A stretch of 64,000 nt of DNA from Prevotella sp. GTDB taxonomy: Bacteria; Bacteroidota; Bacteroidia; Bacteroidales; Bacteroidaceae. How positions within the stretch are numbered: the first letter of the stretch is position 1; the number at the start of each line of letters is the position of its first letter. Of this stretch, positions 45,904-53,989 are shown in pieces. The translations under genes and the position numbers were made by a program. Below the pieces are notes generated by a model. It did not search any database and was not told the origin of the DNA. It saw nothing but the letters and a program-made list of their open reading frames with translations. Location: NCBI GenBank assembly GCA_015060485.1, contig SUYI01000007.1:39239-103238 (forward strand), written 5' to 3'.

Positions 45904-46935
45904 ATGGGAAAGTTGACGATACAAGAGATTGCTGCCGTATTACAGCAAAGAAACGGTTTCGACAAGCGCGAGGCTAACTCGTTCGTGAGCACGATGTTCC
46001 AAATTATTCAGGAGCGTCTGGATACCGACGGCATAGTCAAGATAAAGGGGCTCGGCACGTTTAAGATGATTGATGTCGAGGCGCGCGAGAGTATCAGTGT
46101 TCGCACCGGTGAGCGTGTGGTCATCGATGGACATGCCAAGGTGGCTTTTACCCCTGATGCCACCATGAAGGAGCTTGTCAACCGTCCCTTCTCGCAGTTC
46201 GAAACGGTCGTACTCAACGATGGCGTCGAGTTTTCCGACCTCAAAGAACAGGTCGGCGGTGTTGACGATGACCTGCACGACGAGCAGGAGGAAGAACCCG
46301 TTGTCGCCGCAGCCAATCAGCCTGTCGAGCAGCCTGTTGAGCAGGAAACTGAACAAATTGTTGAAGAAGAGCCTAAACCGGTTGAGGAATTCGCGTTCGA
46401 CGAGGAAGAATCCCATTCATGGGGACGCTGGCTGCTGGGCGCTTTGGGTGTGCTCGCACTCATGGCCCTTTCTGCCTACGGAGGATATTATTACGGTACG
46501 CACCAGTTACAGACTGCCGTAGCGCAAGTAGATACTATTGTCGTTCACGACACCATTATGGCAGCACCTGTCGATACGCTGACCGAAGTCCAGCAGCAGC
46601 CTGCAGAACAACTGGCAGAACAGCCTGCTACTAAGCCTGCAGAGCAGCCTGCGCCTCAGCCACAGGCCGATACGAAGAAACTTGCCGAGGAGTCCGCCGA
46701 CATGTATGCCCAAAAAGACGAACGCGTACGGCTCGGTGCCTATCGCATTGTTGGAACCAGCCATGAGGTAAAGGTGCTGGCCGGGCAGACCTTCAAAAGC
46801 ATCTGTAAAGCCCATCTTGGACCCGATATGGAGTGCTATGTGGAAGTCTTTAACGACTTGCCCAAGAATCCTAAAGTCAAGGAAGGACAGGTCATCAAGA
46901 TTCCTAAACTGCAACTGAAAAAGAAGAAGTCCTGA
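45904..46935 (+). CDS. HU-domain protein with acidic linker, TM helix and LysM-like C-terminus
   Basis: 343 aa. N-terminal HU fold (GLGTFKMIDVEARESISVRTGERVVIDGHAKVAFTP), TM helix WLLGALGVLALMALSAYGGYYY, and the C-terminus YRIVGTSHEVKVLAGQTFKSI...GQVIKIP. Confidence 0.7.
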   Translation: MGKLTIQEIAAVLQQRNGFDKREANSFVSTMFQIIQERLDTDGIVKIKGLGTFKMIDVEARESISVRTGERVVIDGHAKVAFTPDATMKELVNRPFSQFETVVLNDGVEFSDLKEQVGGVDDDLHDEQEEEPVVAAANQPVEQPVEQETEQIVEEEPKPVEEFAFDEEESHSWGRWLLGALGVLALMALSAYGGYYYGTHQLQTAVAQVDTIVVHDTIMAAPVDTLTEVQQQPAEQLAEQPATKPAEQPAPQPQADTKKLAEESADMYAQKDERVRLGAYRIVGTSHEVKVLAGQTFKSICKAHLGPDMECYVEVFNDLPKNPKVKEGQVIKIPKLQLKKKKS

Positions 46936-46936
46936 A

Positions 46937-47116
46937 TCAGTAGCGGCTCTCGCCTTTGATGGAACGGATGTGGATGACGATTCCTGCCGTGATGCAAAAC
47001 AGACCAGTCAGCAGCAGCCAGTTGTGGCTGCTAAGACTGTGAAATCGTGTCAGTAGCAGCACCAACGTACCTATTATAATAAGGAACAAACCAGGAAATC
47101 GAGGCGTTTTCTTCAT
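46937..47116 (-). CDS. possible 59-aa two-TM membrane peptide
   Basis: Hand translation gives MKKTPRFPGLFLIIIGTLVLLLTRFHSLSSHNWLLLTGLFCITAGIVIHIRSIKGESRY*. Below the track cutoff. Confidence 0.4.
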   Translation of the reverse strand: MKKTPRFPGLFLIIIGTLVLLLTRFHSLSSHNWLLLTGLFCITAGIVIHIRSIKGESRY

Positions 47117-47187
47117 AAAATCGTTAAATTTGCTGCAAAATTAAGAAATAATTGTCAATTATCAATTGTAAATTGGGAATTTTTTTG

Positions 47188-47195
47188 TACCTTTG
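47188..47195 (+). promoter_or_regulatory. -7 box TACCTTTG for rpsF-rpsR-rplI (about 115-nt leader)
   Basis: ttttttgTACCTTTGcaccc. Confidence 0.5.
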
Positions 47196-47311
47196 CACCC
47201 GCATTTGCAAAAAAATAGTGCAAATTGAATGCAGAAAGCTCGCTTTTTGCTGAGATGCAGCCTATTTTCGAGCATTGCTCAAATTATATTTATTTTATTA
47301 ATTAAAGTAGT

Positions 47312-47656
47312 ATGAATCAATACGAAACCGTTTTCATTTTGACTCCCGTTTTGTCTGACGAACAGACAAAGGAAACGGTCGCTAAGTTCAAGAAGGTTCT
47401 CACCGATAAGGGTGCAGAGATTTTGAACGAAGAGGCCTGGGGACTGAAGAAGATGGCTTACGCTATCGAGAAGAAATCTACAGGTTTCTATTTCCTGGTA
47501 GAGTTCAAGGCTGAGCCATCAGTGATTAAGACTTTGGAGACCGCCTTCCGTCGTGACGAGAAGGTCATCCGTTTCCAGACTGTTAAACTTGACAAGTATG
47601 CCGCAGAGTACGCCGAGAAGCGTCGTGCAAAGCTTGGTAAAAAAGAGGAGGCTTAA
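47312..47656 (+). CDS. rpsF: 30S ribosomal protein S6
   Basis: 114 aa. [18 protein letters not shown]. Confidence 0.9.
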   Translation: MNQYETVFILTPVLSDEQTKETVAKFKKVLTDKGAEILNEEAWGLKKMAYAIEKKSTGFYFLVEFKAEPSVIKTLETAFRRDEKVIRFQTVKLDKYAAEYAEKRRAKLGKKEEA

Positions 47657-47659
47657 ACT

Positions 47660-47929
47660 ATGGCACAGCAAGACACTGAAATCCGTTATCTGAACGCACC
47701 CTCTATCGACACGAAGAGGAAGAAGTACTGCCGTTTCAAGAAGAGCGGTATCAAGTACATCGACTACAAGGACCCAGAGTTCCTGAAGAAGTTCCTGAAC
47801 GAGCAGGGTAAGATTCTGCCCCGTCGTATCACCGGTACCTCTCTGAAGTATCAGCGCCGTGTGGCCCAGGCCGTTAAGCGTGCCCGCCAGATTGCTCTGC
47901 TGCCTTACGTAACTGACATGATGAAGTAA
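47660..47929 (+). CDS. rpsR: 30S ribosomal protein S18
   Basis: 89 aa. KKYCRFKK...IDYKD...ILPRRITG. Confidence 0.9.
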   Translation: MAQQDTEIRYLNAPSIDTKRKKYCRFKKSGIKYIDYKDPEFLKKFLNEQGKILPRRITGTSLKYQRRVAQAVKRARQIALLPYVTDMMK

Positions 47930-47948
47930 AATAAGGAGGACGCAAGAT

Positions 47949-48557
47949 ATGGAAATTATACTGAAAGAAGATATTATCGGACTGGGATACAAGAACGATA
48001 TCGTAAACGTGAAGTCAGGCTATGGCCGTAACTACCTCATCCCTCAGGGTAAGGGCGTTATCGCTTCACCTATGGCTAAGAAGATTCTCGCCGAGAACCT
48101 GAAGCAGCAGGCTCACAAGCTCGCTGCCATCAAGGCCGATGCCGAGAAGAAGGCCGAGGCACTGAACGGCATAGCTCTCGAGATTGCCGCCAAGGTCAGC
48201 ACTACCGGTCAGCTCTACGGTTCTGTTGGTGCCAATCAGGTTGCTGAGGAACTGAAGAAGCTGGGCAAGGACGTCGATCGCAAGATTATTACTATGAAGG
48301 ATGCCAAGACCATTGGCGACTTCGTAGCTCTGGTTCACTTCCACAAGGAGGTCACTGTTGAGATTCCTGTGAAGGTTGTTGCCGAGAACGCTGCTGAGTT
48401 GAAGGCTGCCGCCGAAGAGGAAGCCGCCATCCGCGCTGCTGCCGAGGCTAAGGCCGCTGCTGCCGCTGCTGCCGCTGCCGAGGAAGAGACTCCTGCTGAG
48501 GCTGAGGCTCCTGCCGAGGCTCCCGCCGAGGAGGAAACCCCCGCTACTGAAGAATAA
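47949..48557 (+). CDS. rplI: 50S ribosomal protein L9 with a ~55-aa Ala/Glu/Pro-rich C-terminal extension
   Basis: 202 aa. MEIILKEDI.GLGYKNDIV.VK.GY.RNYLIP start. The tail is AAEEEAAIRAAAEAKAAAAAAAAAEEETPAEAEAPAEAPAEEETPATEE. Confidence 0.9.
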   Translation: MEIILKEDIIGLGYKNDIVNVKSGYGRNYLIPQGKGVIASPMAKKILAENLKQQAHKLAAIKADAEKKAEALNGIALEIAAKVSTTGQLYGSVGANQVAEELKKLGKDVDRKIITMKDAKTIGDFVALVHFHKEVTVEIPVKVVAENAAELKAAAEEEAAIRAAAEAKAAAAAAAAAEEETPAEAEAPAEAPAEEETPATEE

Positions 48558-48594
48558 TAACAGCTGTAAAGCAAATCATAGTTATTATACGCAG

Positions 48595-48630
48595 AATCCC
48601 GAGTGTCGAAAGACAATCGGGATTTATGAT
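48595..48630 (+). terminator. hairpin aatcccga/tcgggatt followed by a T-rich tract
   Basis: Arms are 48595-48602 and 48617-48624, then ttatgattt. This is a weak terminator candidate for the rplI operon. Confidence 0.4.
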
Positions 48631-48793
48631 TTATACCAATTTGTTTCAGACCTTTTCAAAAAGGTCCATAGCCCATGCACGTTTAGAGCCCCTTGGTAAG
48701 GGGCGGCTATAGTGCAGGGTTATATCCCATACATGAAACTGTCCCTAATGCGGTCAGCGCCGCTGTCAGTGCGGCTATCGCTATGCGAATAAC

Positions 48794-48826
48794 AAAAAAA
48801 AACCGCTGGATTCACATCCGGCGGTT
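48794..48826 (-). terminator. intrinsic terminator for the small lipoprotein gene
   Basis: The minus strand reads aaccgccgga-tgtgaa-tccagcggtt followed by a run of 9 T. Confidence 0.7.
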
Positions 48827-48853
48827 GCCTTTTCTCGTTTTAGTTCGAGCTAA

Positions 48854-49033
48854 TTACTTAACGCTGTCAGCAGCGACGGTGTCAGCAGCTACGGTATCAG
48901 CAGCAACAGTGTCAGCGCTGTCAACAACTGCGATTGAATCTGAATCAACAGCCTCAGCCTGAGCGGTCTTGTTACCACAAGAAGCGAAAGAGATAGCTGC
49001 AACAGCTACGAACATAAATACTAATTTCTTCAT
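48854..49033 (-). CDS. small lipoprotein with (A/D)DTVAA repeats
   Basis: The ATG at 49033 gives MKKLVFMFVAVAAISFASCGNK... (59 aa). The C-terminus is encoded by a 15-bp tandem repeat at 48867-48920. Confidence 0.5.
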   Translation of the reverse strand: MKKLVFMFVAVAAISFASCGNKTAQAEAVDSDSIAVVDSADTVAADTVAADTVAADSVK

Positions 49034-49085
49034 TTTTCTAATGCTTTTAAATCTGTAAAACAATCATTTGTTTATTAAAACGCTG

Positions 49086-49093
49086 CAAAGTTA
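49086..49093 (-). promoter_or_regulatory. -7 box TAACTTTG for the small lipoprotein gene
   Basis: The plus strand reads caaagtta. Confidence 0.45.
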
Positions 49094-49263
49094 GGCATTT
49101 TTTTGATACATTGTATCTTTTTTTTTGTTTTTTTTTAGGGTGTTTTTGTAACTTTTTTGCAAACGACTGTAAATCAGCGATTTACGAAATGTTAAAATTC
49201 GTGTAATAATTACCCTTTACTGAATAAATGCTAAAAAAGTGGTGTAAAATGACATTTTTTATG

Positions 49264-49271
49264 TACCTTTG
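49264..49271 (+). promoter_or_regulatory. -7 box TACCTTTG for mtaB
   Basis: tatgTACCTTTGtgccc. Confidence 0.5.
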
Positions 49272-49312
49272 TGCCCGTTAACAGAACACCTTATTATATA
49301 TATAGGAAAAGG

Positions 49313-50677
49313 ATGATAGATTTTTCTGCCTTTCAGGGCAAAAGAGCGAAATATTTCACGCTGGGATGTAAGTTGAACTTCTCAGAAACCTCTACTTTCG
49401 GCAAGATGCTGAGCGAGCTGGGTGTCCAGACGGCGAAGAAGGGGGAACAGGCTGACATTTGTCTGATTAACACCTGTTCTGTAACCGAGGTGGCTGACCA
49501 TAAGTGCCGTCAGGCCATCCACAGGCTGGTGCGCGAGAATCCCGGGGCGTTTGTCGTAGTGACGGGATGTTATGCCCAGTTGGAGCCTGTCCGTGTCAGC
49601 GAGATTGACGGTGTTGATTTGGTGCTGGGCTCGAACGAGAAGGCGAACCTGATCCAGTTTCTTTCAGAAGCCTGGATGTCGAGAGGTGAGAAGTTAGAGG
49701 TGAGAGGTGAGAGAAATGTTTTTTACCAGAAGACAAAGGACATCAAGACGTTTGCACCGTCGTGCTCGAGGGGTAACAGGACGCGCTACTTTCTGAAGGT
49801 GCAGGACGGGTGTGACTATTTCTGTACTTACTGTACCATCCCTTACGCCCGTGGGTTCAGCCGTAATCCGACCATTGCCTCGCTGGTAGAGCAAGCTGAG
49901 GAAGCTGCCCGGGAAGGAGGCAAGGAAATCGTGCTGACGGGGGTGAACATCGGTGACTTCGGCAAGACGACCGGCGAGCGGTTCATCGATCTGGTGAAGG
50001 CGCTGGACGAGGTGGAGGGTATACAGCGCTACCGGATCAGTTCGCTGGAGCCCGACCTGCTGAGTGACGAACTGATAGACTACTGTGCACGGAGCCGGGC
50101 TTTCATGCCTCACTACCACATTCCCTTGCAGAGTGGCAGTGACACGGTGCTGAAGTTGATGCACAGGCATTATGACCGACAGTTGTTTGCCGACAAGATA
50201 CTGCGTATCAAAGACCTTGTTCCCGATGCCTTTATCGGCGTCGACGTGATGGTGGGCTGCAGGGGCGAGACACCTGAATGTTTCGAAGAGACGTACGATT
50301 TCCTGAATGGTCTTGACGTGACGCAGCTGCATGTGTTTCCGTATTCCGAGCGCCCAGGCACATCGGCGCTGGGCATTCCCTATGTGGTGGCCGACAAGGA
50401 CAAACGGGAGCGTAGTCACCGGCTGCTGGAATTGTCGGACCAGAAAACGCACGCTTTCTACGAGCGCCACATCGGTCAGAAGGCTGAGGTGCTGTTCGAA
50501 AAGGCCACGCGTGGACGGGCCATGCACGGATTCACGAAGAACTATGTGCGTGTGGAGCTGTCGCCTGACGATGCGAAAACAGAATTCGACAATCAGCTGA
50601 TGACAGTCCGTCTGGGTGTTTTCAATCACGACCGAACGGCGCTGAAGGCGAAGCTAATTGATAATTCTTTGACCTAA
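49313..50677 (+). CDS. mtaB: tRNA (t6A37) methylthiotransferase MtaB
   Basis: The track ORF at 49271 starts inside the promoter box. The ATG at 49313 gives MIDFSAFQGKRAKYFTLGCKLNFSE. Radical-SAM CDYFCTYC and a TRAM-like C-terminus. Confidence 0.85.
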   Translation: MIDFSAFQGKRAKYFTLGCKLNFSETSTFGKMLSELGVQTAKKGEQADICLINTCSVTEVADHKCRQAIHRLVRENPGAFVVVTGCYAQLEPVRVSEIDGVDLVLGSNEKANLIQFLSEAWMSRGEKLEVRGERNVFYQKTKDIKTFAPSCSRGNRTRYFLKVQDGCDYFCTYCTIPYARGFSRNPTIASLVEQAEEAAREGGKEIVLTGVNIGDFGKTTGERFIDLVKALDEVEGIQRYRISSLEPDLLSDELIDYCARSRAFMPHYHIPLQSGSDTVLKLMHRHYDRQLFADKILRIKDLVPDAFIGVDVMVGCRGETPECFEETYDFLNGLDVTQLHVFPYSERPGTSALGIPYVVADKDKRERSHRLLELSDQKTHAFYERHIGQKAEVLFEKATRGRAMHGFTKNYVRVELSPDDAKTEFDNQLMTVRLGVFNHDRTALKAKLIDNSLT

Positions 50678-50686
50678 GGGTCAAAG
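50667..50686 (+). terminator. perfect 8-bp hairpin ctttgacc-taag-ggtcaaag containing the mtaB stop codon
   Basis: Arms are 50667-50674 and 50679-50686. There is no T-run, so its function is uncertain. Confidence 0.3.
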
Positions 50687-50711
50687 CGTACTGAAGAAAC
50701 GATTAGATATC

Positions 50712-51731
50712 ATGGATAAGGTTGCAATCGTCATATTGAACTGGAACGGGGCGAAGATGCTCAGGCAGTATCTGCCCACGGTGCTGAACTACTCGCGTAG
50801 TGAGGCGACGGTCTACGTGGCCGACAATGCCTCGACGGACGACTCGCTGGAGCTGCTGCGTAGAGAATTTTCTGAATGCAAGCTGATAGTACTGGATAAG
50901 AACTGGGGTTTTGCGGAGGGCTATAACAAGGCCTTGCGAGAGGTTGATGCGGAGTATTACCTGCTGCTGAATTCGGATATCGAGGTGACGCACCACTGGC
51001 TGACGCCGCTGATAGAGTTTATGGACGTGCATCCGGAGGTGGCGGCCTGTCAGCCCAAGCTGCTCTCCATATATAATAAGGATATGTTTGAGTATGCGGG
51101 GGCGAGTGGCGGCTATCTGGACCGTTTCGGCTATCCGTTCTGTCGCGGACGCATCTTCGACACGGTGGAAGAGGACAACGGGCAGTATGATTATGCGACG
51201 GAGATTCTGTGGGCAACTGGTGCTGCACTGATGATCCGCAAGGCGGACTATTGGGACTGCGGCGGACTGGACGGGCGATTCTTTGCGCACAACGAGGAGA
51301 TTGACCTGTGTTGGCGACTACGTATTCGTGGCCGCAAGATATACTGTCTGCCCGAGTCGTATGTCTACCATGTGGGTGGCGGCACGCTGCCGAAGTCGAA
51401 TCCGATGAAGACATTCCTGAATTTCCGCAATAACCTGACGATGCTTTATAAATGTCTGCCTGACGAGGAGTTGCAGCATGTGATGCACTGGCGTTGGGCA
51501 CTGGACTATCTGGCAGCATGGGAAACGCTGCTGGTCAACAGGAACTGGGGAGATTTCAAAGCCATCTATAAGGCTCGTCGAGCCTTTAAACGTTGGCGAA
51601 AGGACTTCCTTCAGGACCGCCAGCAGATACAGGCTTCGCGGAAGGAAAAAGAAATACCAGAGCAACGGCGCTTCTCATTGCTCTGGCAGTACTATGCAAA
51701 AGGTCGCAAACGCTTCAGCGACCTGCCGTGA
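50712..51731 (+). CDS. family 2 glycosyltransferase
   Basis: 339 aa. VAIVILNWNG, ADNASTDDS and the DxD-like NSDIE motif. Confidence 0.8.
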   Translation: MDKVAIVILNWNGAKMLRQYLPTVLNYSRSEATVYVADNASTDDSLELLRREFSECKLIVLDKNWGFAEGYNKALREVDAEYYLLLNSDIEVTHHWLTPLIEFMDVHPEVAACQPKLLSIYNKDMFEYAGASGGYLDRFGYPFCRGRIFDTVEEDNGQYDYATEILWATGAALMIRKADYWDCGGLDGRFFAHNEEIDLCWRLRIRGRKIYCLPESYVYHVGGGTLPKSNPMKTFLNFRNNLTMLYKCLPDEELQHVMHWRWALDYLAAWETLLVNRNWGDFKAIYKARRAFKRWRKDFLQDRQQIQASRKEKEIPEQRRFSLLWQYYAKGRKRFSDLP

Positions 51732-51741
51732 TTCTTACCTC

Positions 51742-52974
51742 TTATTGCTCATCTCTTACCTCTATTAAGACGGGCTTTTCGACCTCCTTGCGCCAGACTT
51801 TCAGGTAGTCGAACCATTCCTTGGACGAGTGATAGCCAAACGATTCGTTGGCTGAGCAGTAGGTCACTTTATAACTCATCTGACGGCCGTTGACCTTCAG
51901 CACGAAGGTGTAGTTGTCTTTATTGGCTGGTTCCTCGCTGACCACATTTTGCTGGGGAACGAGGACGGCCAGACCCACCGTCTCGCGTTTCCAGTTCAAG
52001 GTGTCGGTAGAGGGGTAGTCGGTGCCCCAGCAGGCGCGGAGACCCTTCTTGTCGCTGAACTCCTCGGAACCCTTGACATTGATGATGCCCGTCGAGAAAC
52101 GATACTCGCTGACGTCCTTGTTGAAGAATACGTCGACATCCGTGTCGCGATGTCCGGCATACTGGGTATAGCGCAGGGTCATGTTGATAGGAGCTTTCTG
52201 GGCATCAGGCTTCCAGCCGCGGTCAATGACCTCGACAATGGTGCGTAGCGGACCATAGGATATGATGCGTTGGGTGCGTGCAGCCACAGGCAACACGTGG
52301 GTGGGCTTCTGGCCGTCCCATCCGCGGAAGGCACCCAGTCCGAAGGTCTGACCCACCCACAGCACGTCGTCGCCATAGCCACGGGCTTTCTGATCGGCAT
52401 CAGTATAGAACTGGGTTTCTTTCAGCTCCAGCTGTTTCTTGAATTTGCCATAGAGGTCCAGCGTCTGGCGTTCGTCGAAATAGATACGGATGCCGTTCAG
52501 CTCGCTTTCAAAGTCTACGCCATGATGGTGCTGCAGATTATAGGTATAAGCAGCATCGCCACGGGCCGTGATGGACTCGATGTAGTTGTTCTGTTGGTTT
52601 TTCTTTAGACTTTTGTCTTTGTTGTTGCCCATGAGCATCTCTGCATAAACGCGGGCAGGGTAGGGACGCGGCTCGCCTTCGTCGAAGAGCGTCACGACGT
52701 ATTCCTTTTTCTCTTTTTTCTCCAGGTTGGCCAAGAAGCACAACTCGTCGAAGGTCTCGTTCTTATCCAGGTCGTCCAACTGACAGGGCGTTTCCTGTCC
52801 GTTTTGGGTGACCAGTGCTGAGCATACTGTGCCATAGGGTGCAAGATTAATAATAATAGGTATGTCCGCGCGTGCGATGTTCGACGGATTGGTGACACTG
52901 ACGGTCACCGTTCGGTTGGCAGAAGCTGTGAACGGACAGCAGGCCAGCAACAGAAAGAAGATTTTCTTATTCAT
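51742..52974 (-). CDS. DUF4861-like secreted protein (pectin/hexuronate-locus associated, from memory)
   Basis: Track ORF to 53010. I use the ATG at 52974 (MNKKIFFLLLACCPFTASA). Confidence 0.65.
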   Translation of the reverse strand: MNKKIFFLLLACCPFTASANRTVTVSVTNPSNIARADIPIIINLAPYGTVCSALVTQNGQETPCQLDDLDKNETFDELCFLANLEKKEKKEYVVTLFDEGEPRPYPARVYAEMLMGNNKDKSLKKNQQNNYIESITARGDAAYTYNLQHHHGVDFESELNGIRIYFDERQTLDLYGKFKKQLELKETQFYTDADQKARGYGDDVLWVGQTFGLGAFRGWDGQKPTHVLPVAARTQRIISYGPLRTIVEVIDRGWKPDAQKAPINMTLRYTQYAGHRDTDVDVFFNKDVSEYRFSTGIINVKGSEEFSDKKGLRACWGTDYPSTDTLNWKRETVGLAVLVPQQNVVSEEPANKDNYTFVLKVNGRQMSYKVTYCSANESFGYHSSKEWFDYLKVWRKEVEKPVLIEVRDEQ

Positions 52975-53092
52975 GTTCGTTTTTATTAGTTTGTTTACTG
53001 CAAATTTCACACAAATAAACGAAATCAGGGGTGTTTATGCACTTTTTTTTATCTTTTTTAGGTTAAAATTTGGTTTTTAAAATATTTTTTAG

Positions 53093-53100
53093 TATTTTTG
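53093..53100 (+). promoter_or_regulatory. -7 box TATTTTTG for the GldB-like gene
   Basis: agTATTTTTGcatc. Confidence 0.45.
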
Positions 53101-53132
53101 CATCGTATTTTAACATTTATACGCTGTTTGTA

Positions 53133-53924
53133 GTGAAAAAAGTCTACGGCATATTGTTCGGTATTATGTTTTTTTGCGTCGGTTGCGAGTGGCAACTGAA
53201 GCCTAATACTGTTGATGTCGAAGACGAAACAATCATCATTGACCGATACGATAGAATAGAGAGCCAATATCTTTCTACGGGCGACTTTGCTGCCTTGCAG
53301 CAAATGAATACTATCTATCCCAGACAAACGAGAATGTTGATAGAGGATATGTTACGTATCGGCAAGGTGGATGATCCCGACATCAATGTCAAGTTCCTGC
53401 ATTTCTTCCAGGACTCTACACTTCAGGCCCTGTTGAATGATGTGCAAGAGCGGTATGCTGATCTAGACGATATTAGCGAAGAACTGACTGAAGCATTCAA
53501 TCGTCTGAAGGAAGAACTTCCCGGCATGGAGATACCTCATGTCTATACACAGGTGGGATCCTTTGACCAGAGCCTGGTGGTTGATAATCATTTGCTGGGC
53601 ATCAGTCTCGACAAATATTTGGGTGCTGACTATCCCTTCTATCAGAAGAACTATACTGAGCAGCAGCGTAGTATGATGGTTAGGCAGATGATAGTTCCTG
53701 ACTGCCTGGGATTCTATATTTTGAGTCTCTATCCCATGCCACGTGACTTAGCCTTGACCCAGGAGGGACGTGACCATTACATGGGAAAGATTCAATGGGT
53801 GGTGAACTACGTTATGAAGCGTAAAATCTTTAAGAATGAACATGTTGATGCAACAGAACGCCTGATGACTACGCATCAAGACATGACCTTCGATCAGCTT
53901 CTTTCTTCAAATAATCTTAAATAA
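53133..53924 (+). CDS. GldB-like lipoprotein
   Basis: The track ORF at 53070 overlaps the promoter. The GTG at 53133 gives VKKVYGILFGIMFFCVGC (lipobox). IIIDRYDRIE and LDKYLGADYPFY resemble Flavobacterium GldB segments. Recognition is from memory. Confidence 0.55.
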   Translation: MKKVYGILFGIMFFCVGCEWQLKPNTVDVEDETIIIDRYDRIESQYLSTGDFAALQQMNTIYPRQTRMLIEDMLRIGKVDDPDINVKFLHFFQDSTLQALLNDVQERYADLDDISEELTEAFNRLKEELPGMEIPHVYTQVGSFDQSLVVDNHLLGISLDKYLGADYPFYQKNYTEQQRSMMVRQMIVPDCLGFYILSLYPMPRDLALTQEGRDHYMGKIQWVVNYVMKRKIFKNEHVDATERLMTTHQDMTFDQLLSSNNLK

Positions 53925-53962
53925 AATCTGCCTTTTTGTTTTGTTATGTTCCGGCTTATTTG

Positions 53963-53970
53963 TATCTTTG
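53963..53970 (+). promoter_or_regulatory. -7 box TATCTTTG for dnaB
   Basis: ttgTATCTTTGcagtcc. Confidence 0.5.
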
Positions 53971-53989
53971 CAGTCCAAACTGAAAGACT

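Noticed and set aside
48693-48962. 89-aa plus-strand ORF across the GC-rich spacer and the lipoprotein gene.
   Set aside because: It crosses a strong terminator and is antisense to the lipoprotein repeat region. The Ala/Val/Ser repeats mirror the opposite-strand tandem repeat.
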